Source: Squalus acanthias (lineage: Eukaryota). From it: a DNA stretch of 64,000 bases. The position numbers and the translations under genes were made by a program. Positions 1-11,869 of this stretch are shown here, piece after piece (the stretch's first letter is position 1; the number at the start of each line of letters is the position of its first letter). The DNA lies in NCBI GenBank assembly GCA_030390025.1, contig JASTWF010000034.1:1116001-1180000 (forward strand), in the 5' to 3' direction. A model generated the notes under the pieces. That model saw only the letters and a program-made list of their open reading frames with translations, had not been told where the DNA came from and did not search any database.

Positions 1-113
1 ACCAAGTGCTGGAAAATGGGATTAAAATAGACAGGGCTTGATGGCCAGCGCGGACCCGATGGGCTGAAGGGCCTCTTTCTGTGCTGTATAACACTGTGAC
101 TCAATGACTCTAT
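1..113 (+). mobile_element. 3' end of a CR1 LINE
   Basis: CR1-type 3' UTR (gatgggctgaagggcct...ctgtgctgta) ending in degenerate octamer repeats (tgactcaatgactcta), like the CR1 tails near 35140 and 55940. Confidence 0.7.
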
Positions 114-317
114 TACTTCCATATAAACACTACTTACTGTAAACTAGAGACCTTACTTTTACTTAAACGACTGGACTGTAGAAATTTTCACCAGGTCCTG
201 CAAGCTGACAAAGATAGAAAAAGAAAGGAACACCTCCCTCCCCGAAATCCCTCACTCACCAAACTCGCAGTTTAACATTCTGTTCCAAGCTACACTCCGT
301 GACAAACTGCACTCTAG

Positions 318-662
318 CCAGTACTAAGGGAGTGCTGCATTTTTGGAGGGGCAGGACTAAGGGAGTGCATCTCTGTCAGTGGGGCAGTACTGAGGGAGCA
401 CTGCACTGTCAGAGGGGCAGCACTGAGGGAGGGCTGCACTGTCAGAGGGACAGTACTGAGGGAGCACAGCACTGTCAGAGGGGCAGTACTGACGGAGCAC
501 TGCACTGTCAGAGGGGCAGTACTGAGGGAGCACAGCACTGTCAGAGGGGCAGTACTGAGGGAGCGCTGCACTGTCAGAGGGGCAGTACTGTGGGAGCAGT
601 GCACTGTCAGAGGGGCAGTACTGAGGGAGCACTGCACTGTCAGAGGTGCCGTCTCTCAGATG
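318..662 (+). repeat. 33-bp minisatellite (about 10 copies) derived from a DeuSINE segment
   Basis: Unit gcactgtcagaggggcagtactgagggagcact, giving an 11-aa periodicity in the ORF track. The last unit runs into gaggtgccgtctctcagatga, matching the reverse complement of the SINE body at about 7240-7290. Confidence 0.85.
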
Positions 663-669
663 AATGGTG

Positions 670-1131
670 AGGACACGTTCCAGCAGGCTTTTCTCTCATC
701 TTGGGTCTCCCACCTCCTGCCGCAATCCCGGTCTGGCAGCTGTGTCCTTCAGGGTTCGGTTAATGATGGTAATTTCCAGGAACTATTGGTGATGGACATT
801 GAAGTTTCCCCCTCCCGACCCAGAGTATAATTTGTGCCCTTTCTGCTCTCGGTGCTCCCATCAACTGGTGTTCAGCATGAAGATGTGCCGATTCATCAGC
901 TGAGGGAGGGCGGTAGGTGGTTATCAGCAGGAAGCTACCTTGCCCATGTCTGACTGGAAGCCATCAGACTTCATTATATCCTCAGGCAATGTTCAGGACT
1001 CGCAGGGTTTCTCCCTCTCGATTGTATACCCCTCTGCCCCCACCTCTGGTGGGTCTGTGCAGACCCTGGAATGGTGATGGAGGGTTTGAGAATGTTGACT
1101 GACAGGTATGGTTCTGTGAGTATGATTATGC
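670..1131 (-). mobile_element. LINE APE-endonuclease fragment, degraded
   Basis: Minus-strand translation gives TESYL, RPTRGGG, LLITTYRPPSADES and NFNVHH motifs, with stops. Confidence 0.65.
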
Positions 1132-1351
1132 GAGAATTTAATGTTTCCAGAGAGTTTCCTGGAGTATTGAGGTGCTTACAGCGTATTTATCTCATTGGTT
1201 AATATTTTAAGTGTTTTCCTTTGATCCCTTCGTATTAATCCTTTGCTCCTTTTAATTATTCTTCCCCTCGGTCAAACACGATGACATATTTGTCTGGGTG
1301 AGGTCACTCTTCTTCTTCTTGTTCTATTTTCAGGCAATAGAGAAATGAACT

Positions 1352-1908
1352 GAGAATGAAATTCCTGAACTGAGGCGGGAGCAGTGTAATCTAGGGAGCC
1401 CTGGGAATGAAATTCCTGGACTGAGGTGGGAGCAATGTAATCGAGGCAGCCCTGTGAATGAAATTCCTGGACTGAGGTGGGAGCAGTGTAATCTAGGCGG
1501 CCCTGGGAATGAAATTCCTGGAATGAGGTGGGAGCAGTGGAATCTAGGCGGCCCTGGGAATGAAATTCCTGGATTGAGGTTGGAGCAGTGGAATCTAGGC
1601 GGCCCTGGGAATGAAATTCCTGGATTGAGGTGGGAGCAGTGTAATCTAGGCAGCCCTGGGAATGAAATTCCTGGATTGAGGTGGGTGCAGTGTAATCTAG
1701 ACTCTCCCGGGAATGAAATTCCTGGACTGAGGCGGGAGCAGTGTAATCTAGGTGGCCCTGGGAATGAAATTTCTGGACTGAGACGGGAGCAGTGTAATCT
1801 AGGCAGCCCTGAGAATTAAATTCTTGGACTGAGGTGGGAGCAATGTTATCTACACAGTCCTAGGAATGAAATTCCTGGACTGAGGCTGGCGCAGTGTAAA
1901 CTAGGCGA
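1352..1908 (+). repeat. 51-bp minisatellite (about 11 copies)
   Basis: Unit gaatgaaattcctggactgaggtgggagcagtgtaatctaggcagccctgg, giving a 17-aa periodicity in ORF 1454..1819. Confidence 0.9.
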
Positions 1909-2299
1909 GTCCCATTGTTCCATCACTGGGATATTCTCTCAGGTCCTGCCCTTTAGGACCATTTTTTTATTATGTTTTTAATCCTGATGGCCTGGTATGG
2001 AATAAATCAGAGAACTAGTGTGGGGAAATCCATTTTGTCAGTGGTCTAAACAGAGTGCTAAGGTTGTGAATTTGGATAGCTTGGGAATTAGGAGCAGTGG
2101 GGGAAGGAGGAGTGAGCGAGAGGTTCGGCCGGACATAAAAAATGGTCCTAAAGGGCAGGATCTGAGAGTGTAAGCGAGTGTAAGGGAGTGAGGTAAGTGA
2201 CATCAGCACAAGGGAGGACGCTGCAAAGAAAAAATAGTAGGTTGATTGTGATTTTTTTGAAGTCTTGAGTTTAATTCCGTTAAGATAGTGGGTAGTCTA

Positions 2300-3175
2300 T
2301 TAAATAGAGGCTTGGCAGGGCACCTCAGTGCCGTGGAATGCACACCTTGTGTCATGTGGGAACTCCAGGACACTTCCCACGTGTTTCGGAGCTTGAGCAG
2401 CAGCTGGCGTCACTGCGGTGCATCCATGAGGCTGAGAGCTCCGTGGATAGCACGTTTCAGGAGGTGGTCACCCCGCAGCATAAGAGTGTGCAGGCAGAGA
2501 GGGAATGTGTGACCGTCAGACAGACAAGGAGAACCACGCATTTAGTGCAGGAGCCCCATGAGTGCATCTCACTCTCGAACCAGTTCCTCTGGGGAGTACA
2601 GCCAGAGCCAAGTCCATGGCAACACTGGTGGCTGAGCTGTAGGGTGGTGGGGGGCAGGAAGATCGGGAAAGCAATAGTGATAGGTGATTCGATAGTTAAA
2701 GGAACAGACAGGTGTTTCTCCAGACACAGACGTGACTCCAGGATGATATGTTGCCTCCCTGGTGCCAGGGTCAAGGATGTCACTGAGTGGCTGCACTACA
2801 TTCTGAGGGGTGATGGTGAACAGACTGAGGTCGTGGTCCATATTGGCATCATCGACATAGGTAGAGAGAGCGATGTGATCCTGTAGGCAGATAATAGGGA
2901 GCTAGGAAAGAGATTATAAAGCAGGACATCGAAGGTAGTAATCTCCAGATTACTCCTGGTGACACGAGCTAGTGAATACAGAAATAGGAGGATAGAGCAA
3001 TTAAATGTGTGGCTGGAGATATGATGCAGGAGGAAGGGCTTTAGATTCCTGGGACATTGGGGCCGGTTCTGGGGGAGGTTGGACCTGAAAAGGCCGGAGG
3101 GTTGCACCTCAACAGAGCCGCAACCAATAAACTCACGAGGTGCGGGCGGGGCTGGTTGCTAGTGCTGTTGGGGAG
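2300..3175 (+). mobile_element. CR1 ORF1 remnant (Cys-rich N-terminus plus SGNH/esterase-like domain)
   Basis: AIVIGDSIVKGTDR...DSRMICCLPGARVKDV...VVVHIG motif, with frameshifts and stops. Confidence 0.85.
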
Positions 3176-4090
3176 CGTTCACCACCCTCTGAGTGAAGAA
3201 ATTCCCCCTCATTTCTGTCCTAAATGGTTTAGCCCTTATCCTTAAATTATGTCCTCTAGTTCTGTTCTCACCCGCCAAGGGAAACATTCCTTCTGCATCT
3301 AGTCTGTCTAGACCTGTCAGAATTTTATACACTTCTATGAGGTCCCCTCTCAATCTTCTAAACTCCAGTGTGTACATCCCTAAACTACATAGTCTCTCCT
3401 CATAGGTCAATCCCGCTATTCCTGGTATCAGCCTGGTGAATCGCCGCTGCACCCCCTCCATGGCAAGAACATCTTTCCTCAGATGAGGCGACCAAAACTG
3501 TACACAGTACTCGAGGTGTGGTCTCACCAGTGCCCTGTACAGCTGCAGCAAGGTATCCCTGTTCCTGTATTCCAACCCTTTTGCTATGAAGGCCAGCATA
3601 CCGTTTGCCTTCTTGACCGCCTGTTGCACCTGCATGCTCGCCTTCAGTGACTGGTGTACAAGAACACCCAGGTCTCTCTGTACTTCCCCCTCTCCCAATT
3701 TATTGCCATTTAAATAATAATTTGCCCTCCCGTTCCTGCACCCAAGGTGGATAACTTCGCACTTGTCCACATTATAGTGCATCTGCCATTTATCCGCCCA
3801 ATCACCCAGTCTGTCCAAATCGCTCTGGAGCTTCCTGGTCTCCTCCTCTGAGCCCACCCCCCCTCCTAGTTTAGTGTCGTCTGCAAATTTGGAAATGCTG
3901 CATCCGACTCCCTGATCCAGGTCATTAATGTAAATTGTGAACAGCTGGGGACCCAGGACAGATCCCTGTGGTACCCCACTTGTTACTGCCTGCCATTCAG
4001 AAAATGAGCCGTTTATTCCAACTCTCTGTTTTCTATCTGACAGCCAGTTCTCTATCCACGTCAATACTTTCCCCTTTATCCCATGAGCTT
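3176..4090 (-). mobile_element. CR1 ORF2 RT C-terminal fragment, inverted relative to flanking CR1
   Basis: ORF 3159..4064 contains [16 protein letters not shown] and RPHLEYCVQFW; no 3' UTR is present. Confidence 0.9.
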
Positions 4091-6335
4091 CAACATTTAG
4101 GGAACAGTGATCATAGTATCATAATGTTTAGATTAGCTATGGAAAAGGACAAGGAGCAATCTAGAGTAAAATACTTAATTGGAGGAGGGCCAATTTCAGT
4201 GGGTTGAGAACGGAGCTGGCTTGGGTTAAAGGAATCAAAGATTAGCACGCAAAACTGTCATTGAACAATGGGCTGCCTTTAAAGAAGAGATGATTTGGGT
4301 ACAATCGAGGTACATTTCCACGAGTGGGTTGGGTAGCGCAAAAAAAGGCCAGAGCTCCCTGGATAACAAAAGAGATAGTGAGTAAGAGGAAGCAGGAAAA
4401 GTGGGCTTACGACAGATATCAAGTTCAGAATTCAAGTGAGAACCAGGCTGAATATAGAAAGTTCAGAGAGAAAGTGTAAAAGGTAATAAGAGGGGCAAAG
4501 AGAGTGTATTAGAATAGATTGGCAGCAAACAAAAACTTGGATCCAAAAGTCTTCTAAAGGCATATAAATGGTAAACGGGTATGAAGAGGTGTGGTGCGGC
4601 TGATTAAGGACCAAAAAGGAGACCTACGAATGGAAGCAGAGGGCATGGCTGAGATACTAAATGAATTCTTTGCATCTGTTTTTACCAAGGAAGAAACTGC
4701 TGCCAAAGTCATAGTGAAAGAGGAGGTAGTTGAGATACTGGATGGGCTAAAAATTGATAAGACGAGGTACTAGAAAGGCTGGCTGTACTTAAAGTAGATA
4801 AGTCACCAGCAGCGGATGGGATGCATTCTAGGATGCTAAGGGAAGTGGGGAAATTGCGGAGGTACTGGCCATAATCTTCCAATCCTCCTTAGATACGGTG
4901 TGTTGGCAGAAGACTGGAGAATTGCAAATGTTACACCCTTGTTCAAAAACGGGTTAAAGGACAAACCCAGAAAATACAGAGCAGTCAGTTTAACCTTGGT
5001 GGTTGGAAACTTTTCGAAACGATAATCCGGGACAAAATTAACAGTCACTTGGACAAGTGTGGATTAATTAAGGAAATCCAGCACGGATTTGTCAAAGACA
5101 ATCGTGTTTAACTAACTTGACGTGTTTCCTGATCATTTAACAGAGTGGGTTGATGAGCGGAATGCGGTTGACATAGATTTCAAAAAGACGTTGATAAAGT
5201 GCCATATAATAGGTTTGCCAGCAAAGTTGAAGCCCATGGAATAAAAGGGACAGTGCAGCATGGATAAGAAATTGGTTAAGTGACAGGAAACTGTGAGTAG
5301 TGGTGAACGGTTGTTTTCTGGTTTGGAGGAAGGTACACAGTGGTGTTCCCCAGGGGTCGGTACTAGGACCACTGCTTTTTTTGATATTTGTTAATGACTT
5401 GGACTTGGGGGTACAGGACACAATTTCAAAATTTGCAGATGACACAAAACTTGGAAGTATAGGGAATAGTGAGGAGGATAGTGATAGACTTGAAGAGGAC
5501 AGAGACATGCTGGTGAAATGGGCGGACACGTGGCAGATGAAATTTAATGCAGAAAACTGTGAAATGATACAATTTGGTATGAAGAATGAGGAGAGACAAT
5601 TTAAACTAAAGGGTACAATTCTAAAAGTGGTGCATGAACAGAGAAACAAATCGTTGAAAGTTGCAGGGCAGGTTGAAAAGGTGGTTAAAAAAGCATACGG
5701 GATCCTGGGCTTCATAAATAGAGGCTTCGAGTATAGAAACAAGGAAGTTATGATGAACCTGTATAACACATTGGTTCGGCCTCAACTGGAGTATTGTGTC
5801 CAATTCTGGGCACCGCACTTTAGGAAGGATTTGAATGACTTAGAGCGGGTGCAGAAAGGATTTACAAGAATGATTCCAGGGAGTAGGGACTTCAGTTACG
5901 TGGATAGACTGGAGAAACTGGGGTTGTTATCCTAAGAGCAGAGGAGGTTGAGAGCAAATGTGATAGAGGTGTTCAAAATCATGAGGTGTCTGGACAGAGG
6001 AGATAGAGAGAAACTGTTCCCATTGGTGGAAAGGTCACGAATCAGAGGACACAGATTTATGGTGATTGGCAGAATAACCAAAGGGGACATAAGAAAAAAC
6101 TTTTTTACGCAGCGAGTGGTTAGGATCTGGAATGCACTGCTTCAAAGGCTGGAGGAGGCAGATTCAGTTGTGGCTTTCAAAAGGGAATTGGATAAGCACC
6201 TGAAGGAAAAAAAAAACCGGCTTCGGGGCAAGCACGTGGGAGTGGGACTTGCTGAAGTGTTCTTGCAGAGAGCTGGCACGGGCTCGACGGGCCGAATGGC
6301 CTCCTTCTGCGTTGTAACCATTCTATGATTCTATC
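4091..6335 (+). mobile_element. CR1 ORF2 and 3' UTR, degraded
   Basis: HLGNSDH (end of APE), RT motifs in 5300..5935, and tail attctatgattctat at about 6320-6335. Confidence 0.9.
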
Positions 6336-6344
6336 TTTTAAGAA

Positions 6345-7398
6345 AAAAATAGTTGCATTTATATCGCACCTTTCACGACCACCGGACATCTCAAAACACT
6401 TTACGGACAATGAAGTAATTTTGGAAGGGTAGTCACTGTTGTATTGTGGGAAACACGGCAGCCAATTAGTGCACAGCAAGCTCCAACAAACAACAATGTG
6501 ATAACATAAGAACATAAGAACATAAGAAATAGGAGCAGGAGTAGGCCAATCGGCCCCTCGAGCCTGCTCCGCCATTTAATAAGATCATGGCTGATCTGAT
6601 CCTAACCGCCAATCTACTATCTATCACAGAACCATCTCCTGCATCTAACAGAATTGCACACACGAAATAGGAGCAGAATCAGGCTACACGGTCCCTGGGC
6701 CCGCTCCACTACCCACAGGGCCATGACCGATCCGAACCTAGACTCATGTCCAAATTCCTGCCCGCTCCCCGTAACCCTTAATGCCCTTTACTTCTAGGAA
6801 ACTGTCTATTTCTGTTTTAAATTTAATTAATGTTGTAGCTTCTACAGCTTTTTGTGGCAGCATATTCCATGGACCTACCACCCTCTGAGTGAAGTAGTTC
6901 CTCCTCATCTCAGTTTTGAAAGAGCAGCCCCTTATTCTAAGACTATGTCCCCTAGTTCTAGTCTCACCCGTCATCGGGAACATCCTCCCCGCATCCACCC
7001 GATCCAACCCCTTCACAATCTTATATGTTTCAATAAGATCGCCTCTCATTCTTCTGAACTCCAATGAGTAGAGTCCCAATCTACCCAACCTCTGTTTCTG
7101 ATAATCTGTTTCTGTTATGTTGATTGTTGGATAAACATTGGCCATGACACCGGGGATAACTCCGCTGCTCCTCTTCAAAATAGGGTAATGGGATCGTTAC
7201 GTTCAATTGAGAGGGCAGAAAGGGGCGTTGCTTAACGTCTCATCCGAAAGACGGCACCTCCGATAGTGCAGCACTCCCTCAGCACTGCACTGGAGTGTTA
7301 ACCTAGATTTATGGGCTATAAGTTCCTGCAGTGGGACCTGAACCCAGAAACCTCTAGAGTCAGAAGCGGGTGTGCTACCCACTGAGCCACAGCTAACA
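6345..7398 (-). mobile_element. tRNA-headed DeuSINE (SacSINE1/AmnSINE1-like), split by a CR1 insertion
   Basis: Deu-domain-like sequence (ctcatccgaaagacggcacctccgatagtgcagcactccctcag), tRNA-like head at about 7320-7398, and L2-type tail at about 6345-6400. The two halves join across 6504-7093. Family assignment is from memory of the consensus. Confidence 0.75.
6504..7093 (-). mobile_element. CR1 3' fragment(s) with two stacked 3' UTRs
   Basis: (cataagaa)n tail at 6505-6530, a second UTR-like block at about 6665-6745, and the ORF2 C-terminus RRMRGDLIETYK. Confidence 0.8.
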
Positions 7399-7811
7399 CA
7401 TTATGCCTGCCTTTTTTCTGTCACTTTCTCGTCTATTGTTCTCAGATTTAGATCAATACAGGAAGAGAAATTCCCTTCTCTCTGTTCTGTCTTCGGAATT
7501 TTTGGACTCTACTAGAATCAAGGGGTATGAGGATGGGCTGGGTGTGGGGAGAATGTGGATTTGAGGTCGAAGATCAGCCATGATCTCATTCAATGAAGGG
7601 CTCGAAAGACCGTATTGCCAGCTGCTGCTCCTAATTCTTATATTCTTATGTTTATGGGCGGGTGAAATATTATGTATTCGCTCACTTTTAATTAAAAACT
7701 GTGTACAATAAGGTGAGCTAGATTATGCTGCAGTAAGGTGTGGTGGTGACAATGGTTCAATGAGTCTGTTTGTTCAATTACTGTAATTAATGCCAGTTAC
7801 AGTGAGGCCGA

Positions 7812-8510
7812 ATGATATCACTGAAGGTAAGCATGCAGGTGCAGCAGGCGGTTAAGAAGACAAATGGTATGTTGGCCTTCATAGCGAGAGGATTCGAGTA
7901 CAGGAGCAAGGATGACTTGCTGCAGTTGTACAGGGCCTTGGTGAGACCACACCTTGAGTATTGTGTGCAGTTTTGGTCGCCTTATCTGAGAAAGGATGTT
8001 CTTGCCATGGAGGGAGTGCAGCGAAGATTCACCAGGCTGATGCCCGGGATGGCAGGAATAAGGTATGAAGAGAGATTGGGTCGATTAGGCTCATATTCGC
8101 TGGAGTTTAGAAGAATGAGAGGGGATCTCATTGTAACTTATAAAATTTTAACAGGACCAGACAGACTAGGTGCAGGAAGGATGTTTCCGATGCCGGGGGA
8201 GTCCAGAACCAAGGGTCACACTCTAAAGAAAAGGGGTAAGCCATACAGGACTGAGATGAGGAAGAATTTCTTCAACAAGAGAGTGGTGAACCTATGGAAT
8301 TCTCTACCACACAAGGCAGTTGAGGCCAATTCATTAAATATATTCAAGAATGAGTTAGATATATTTCTTAAGCCTAAAGTGATCAAGTGATATGGGGAGA
8401 AAGCAGGGACAGGGTACTGAATTTGGATTATCAGTCATGATCTCATTAAATGGCGGAGCAGGCTCGTGGGGCCGAATGGCTTACTCCTGCTCCTATCTTC
8501 TATATTTCTT
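7812..8510 (+). mobile_element. 5'-truncated CR1 inserted in the GPCR upstream region
   Basis: ORF 7812..8390 matches the CR1 ORF2 C-terminus and is followed by a 3' UTR. Both flanks are homologous to the contiguous region upstream of the paralogue at about 51980-52200. Confidence 0.85.
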
Positions 8511-8627
8511 TGTCACTCGGTGATTTCCCTCTGCTCTAAAGATGGAGCTCCCTTCACTGTGTCACCTCACACAGTCAGCGCGCTGCCCCCAGCACAAAGA
8601 CCACCAGACACTCATTGGAGGGAAGGC

Positions 8628-8718
8628 ATGGATTGGGGTTAAGTGATTTGGATATTAGGAAGATGTTATGATATGCAAAAACTTTACTCTCCCCTCCTCA
8701 CTGCTGTTTATGCTCCCA
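8628..8718 (+). pseudogene. Decayed exon 1 of GPR139/GPR142-like GPCR (paralogue A)
   Basis: Translates as MDWG*VIWILGRCYDMQKLYSPLLTAVYAP, then a phase-1 donor GTGAGA. Aligns with IQYIYYPLLAAVGVP of paralogue B. In-frame TAA at 8640-8642. Confidence 0.55.
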
Positions 8719-9114
8719 GTGAGAATCTATGTCCTGTTAATAATTCTACAAACCATGTTACACTGTAATATTATTGTTGTTATTTACCGCGGGATGTTCA
8801 GTTATTAGGGATATTCTGTGTTTGAAGTTGTTAGCTCTTTGTTACCGCATGGGTTGTCGTTTCAACATTCTGGAACATTCTCACTACTGTTTGTGTTCCC
8901 GGTAAGACTCTGTATCCAGCTATTAATTCTGTAAATCATGATTAACTACATTACTGTTCTTGCCATTAACTCCCCCAAACTACCGCCCTGGCTGCTGTTG
9001 GTGTTCCTGGTAAGCCTCTTTATCCAGCTATTCATTATGTAGACAATGGGGGACAAATTGGGTATCGCCCATTCTGGGGATCTAATATTGGCCGGGTGCA
9101 AAGTGTAGCACAGA

Positions 9115-10568
9115 GAAAGAGCTGGGCGCTTCTGCGACGAGGCATTGGTGGCTCTGGTTGACGCTGTGGAACGGCGATGGGCAGTGCTGTTCCCTGAGAG
9201 TGGCAGGAGGCCATTGCCCCGGGAGTTGAGAACGGTGAGGAGGGAGGTGGCTCAGCACGTCTCCCCGAGGAGCCTGATGCCAAGAACCCACACGCAATGG
9301 CGGAAGAAGTTCAACAATCTCGCTCGGGCGATCAGGGTGAGTACCTGCTTTTCAAAAACTCTACATCCCTCCATCTAACTTCAATCTGTGCCCAGAGTGT
9401 TTAAAAACCCAAATGCATAACACTCATCCAAGACCTACGGCCATCGCATAAAACACACATGCACATCCCACACCTTGGAAACATTAACCGCTATGAAACT
9501 AGGGGAGGCACATCTGCCAACCACATGGCTGCACACAATACCGGTTATTCAACTATGGTAGGCTCTTCTGCCAATCACATGCCTGCACACAATAATGGCT
9601 GTTCAACTGTGGTAGGCACATCTGCCAGTCAGATGCCTGCACACTCACACTCACGCTGTACTTTTTCTTGCAGGCCAAGCTCTCTCATAACAGACGGGAG
9701 CAGCAACGCACGGGAGATGGACCGGCGGACCTACACCCCCTGACTGAGTTGGAGGACAGAGTGCACAGGATCGTTGCCAGCCAGATCATAGGTGCCGTGG
9801 CCGCTGGAGAGGTCGACCTCCTTGGGACAGCAATGGTATGTTCATCAGCGTTCTCTCCTCTCTCACACCTCTTCACCCTCACAACACCAGCCTTTTACAC
9901 TTTCAATCCAACTAACTGTCTCCAGTCCCTGCTCCCTTGCTGGCCCCCTGCCCTCACACTAAAGCCACCCTTGTACCTTCCTGCTTTCCGATAGTGAACC
10001 ACCAGATCACCAGCCTGTCCCTCGAACTGCTAGTGGCAGCGGTGTGCCAGGCGAGGAGGAAGAGGAAGCCAGAGCCTCATTGCCTGCGTCTCCCGAGGGT
10101 GACACTTCAGACAGTCGGGCCACGCCTTCCCGAGAGGGGAGCATGGTGTTAGGGTCTGATGAAGGCGAAACTCCTGGACCCAGCGTTCTGCAGCAATGCC
10201 ATGGGGGTAGGGAAGTTCGATAATCATCTCCCCGGTGGGTGATTAGGCGCGGGAGTTCTTACGCACTGGAGTCGCATGAGGAGCTCGAAATCACGGCCAT
10301 GTATACCCAGGCATTCAGCATGCACACTGAGCTGATGGGTGCAATGGCACGGGTGCCCGACAGCATGGATGGACTGGCAAGGAGTGTGGAGGAGTCCGCC
10401 ATTAGCACAGCTGTCATCTGTGTGCAAGCGCTTGATCCCATCCTTGCCTGGTCGCAGAGGATGTTGGAATTGCAGGGAGACCGTGTGGAACCAGAGCCGC
10501 GTGTAATGGATGAGGTGGCAGGATCCGTGGCAGGATCCATTGCAGCACAGGCCGATGCAATGCAATGA
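9115..10568 (+). pseudogene. Harbinger Myb/SANT-like DNA-binding protein, intron-containing remnant
   Basis: RAGRFCDEALVALVDAVERR...RTHTQWRKKFNNL; donor GTGAGT at 9337 and acceptor TTGCAG ending 9673 join in phase 0 to AKLSHNRREQQRTGDGPADL. The 3' extent is approximate. Confidence 0.75.
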
Positions 10569-11065
10569 CATAGTGCTACAATTGAACTGATTGGCTGGTG
10601 CCATCCAGTCTCAGACTGCTCTCATGCAGTCTCAGATTGATCTCACGCAAGCACTCAGTGGCATCCTCAGTGGGTCGCCCACAGTCCTCCTGGGAATCTC
10701 ACAGTACCGCAGCTTTCCAGCAAACTGTGCTCCAGAAGATTGCTCCGGATACTAAGGTTCTGCCCCAGGGGAGTGGCAGTGTGTTGGTCGAGCAGGAAGG
10801 TGCTGTCCCCTCTCAGGATGAAAGCATTCCTCATCCCAACACTGCCACTTCCCCATTGCCCTTGGCCCGGCCTGCAACACACCCAGCCCAGGAGAACGAG
10901 TTTTGTAAGTTCATGAATTGTTGGGTTTGCTTCTAATTGCTTGTCCTGAATAAATGACAGAGTTTGTAATATAAATATTTTTTTTTATTGTTACTTTACA
11001 TCTTTCCTGATTTGACTAATTGCAGCTTCGCCCGGCAATTGGGGGTGCGGGATGCTTTCAATGAT

Positions 11066-11826
11066 GTGGCAAAAACAGTAAGGCAGATTGTTATCTGAAC
11101 GGCAATAGATTGGGAAAAGGGGAACTGCAACGAGACCTGGGTGTCCTTGTGCACCAGTCACTGAAGGTAAACATGCAGGTACAGCAGGCGGTTATAGCGA
11201 GTGGATTCGAGTACAGGGGCAAGGATGTCTTGCTGCAGTTGTACAGGGCCTTGGTGAGACCATATCCTGAGTACTGTGTGCAGTTTTGGTCGCCTTATCT
11301 GAGGAAGGATGTTCTTTCCATGGAGAGAGTGCAGCGAAGATTCACCAGACTGATACCTGGGATGGCAGGAATGACGTATGAAGAGAGATTGGGTCGATTG
11401 GGCTTGTATTCGCTAGAGTTTAGAAGAATGAGAGGGGATCTCATTGAAACTTATAAAATTCTAACAGGACTAGACAGACTAGGTGCAGGAAGGATGTTCC
11501 CGATGGTGGGCGAGTCCAGAACCAGGGGTTACAGTCTAAGGATTAGGGGTGAGCCATTTAGGATTGAGTTGAGGAGGAATTTCTTCACCCAGAGAGTGGT
11601 GAACCTGTGGAATTCTCTACCACAGTTGAGTCCAATTCATTAAATATATTTAAGAAGGAGATAGATGTATTTCATAAGACTAAGGGGATCAAGGGATATG
11701 GGGAGAAAGCAGGGACAGGGTACTCAATTTGGATGATCAGCCATGATTGCATTGAATGGCGGAGCAGGCTCGAGGGGCCGAATTGCCTATTCCTGCTCCT
11801 ATCTTCTATGTTTCTATGTTTCTATG
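11066..11826 (+). mobile_element. 5'-truncated CR1 nested in the Harbinger element
   Basis: ORF 11110..11643 matches the CR1 C-terminus; (tttctatg)n tail. Confidence 0.9.
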
Positions 11827-11869
11827 TGCTTCTTCATCCCAGAAGCCATCTTCTCAGTAAAGGGTTAGA

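Noticed and set aside
1352..1908. CRISPR-like appearance or a 17-aa repeat protein
   Set aside because: Units are head-to-tail with no unique spacers, no cas genes are present, the context is eukaryotic, and there is no evidence of coding constraint.
7320..7398. tRNA gene
   Set aside because: It is the tRNA-derived head of a SINE; no complete cloverleaf is visible.
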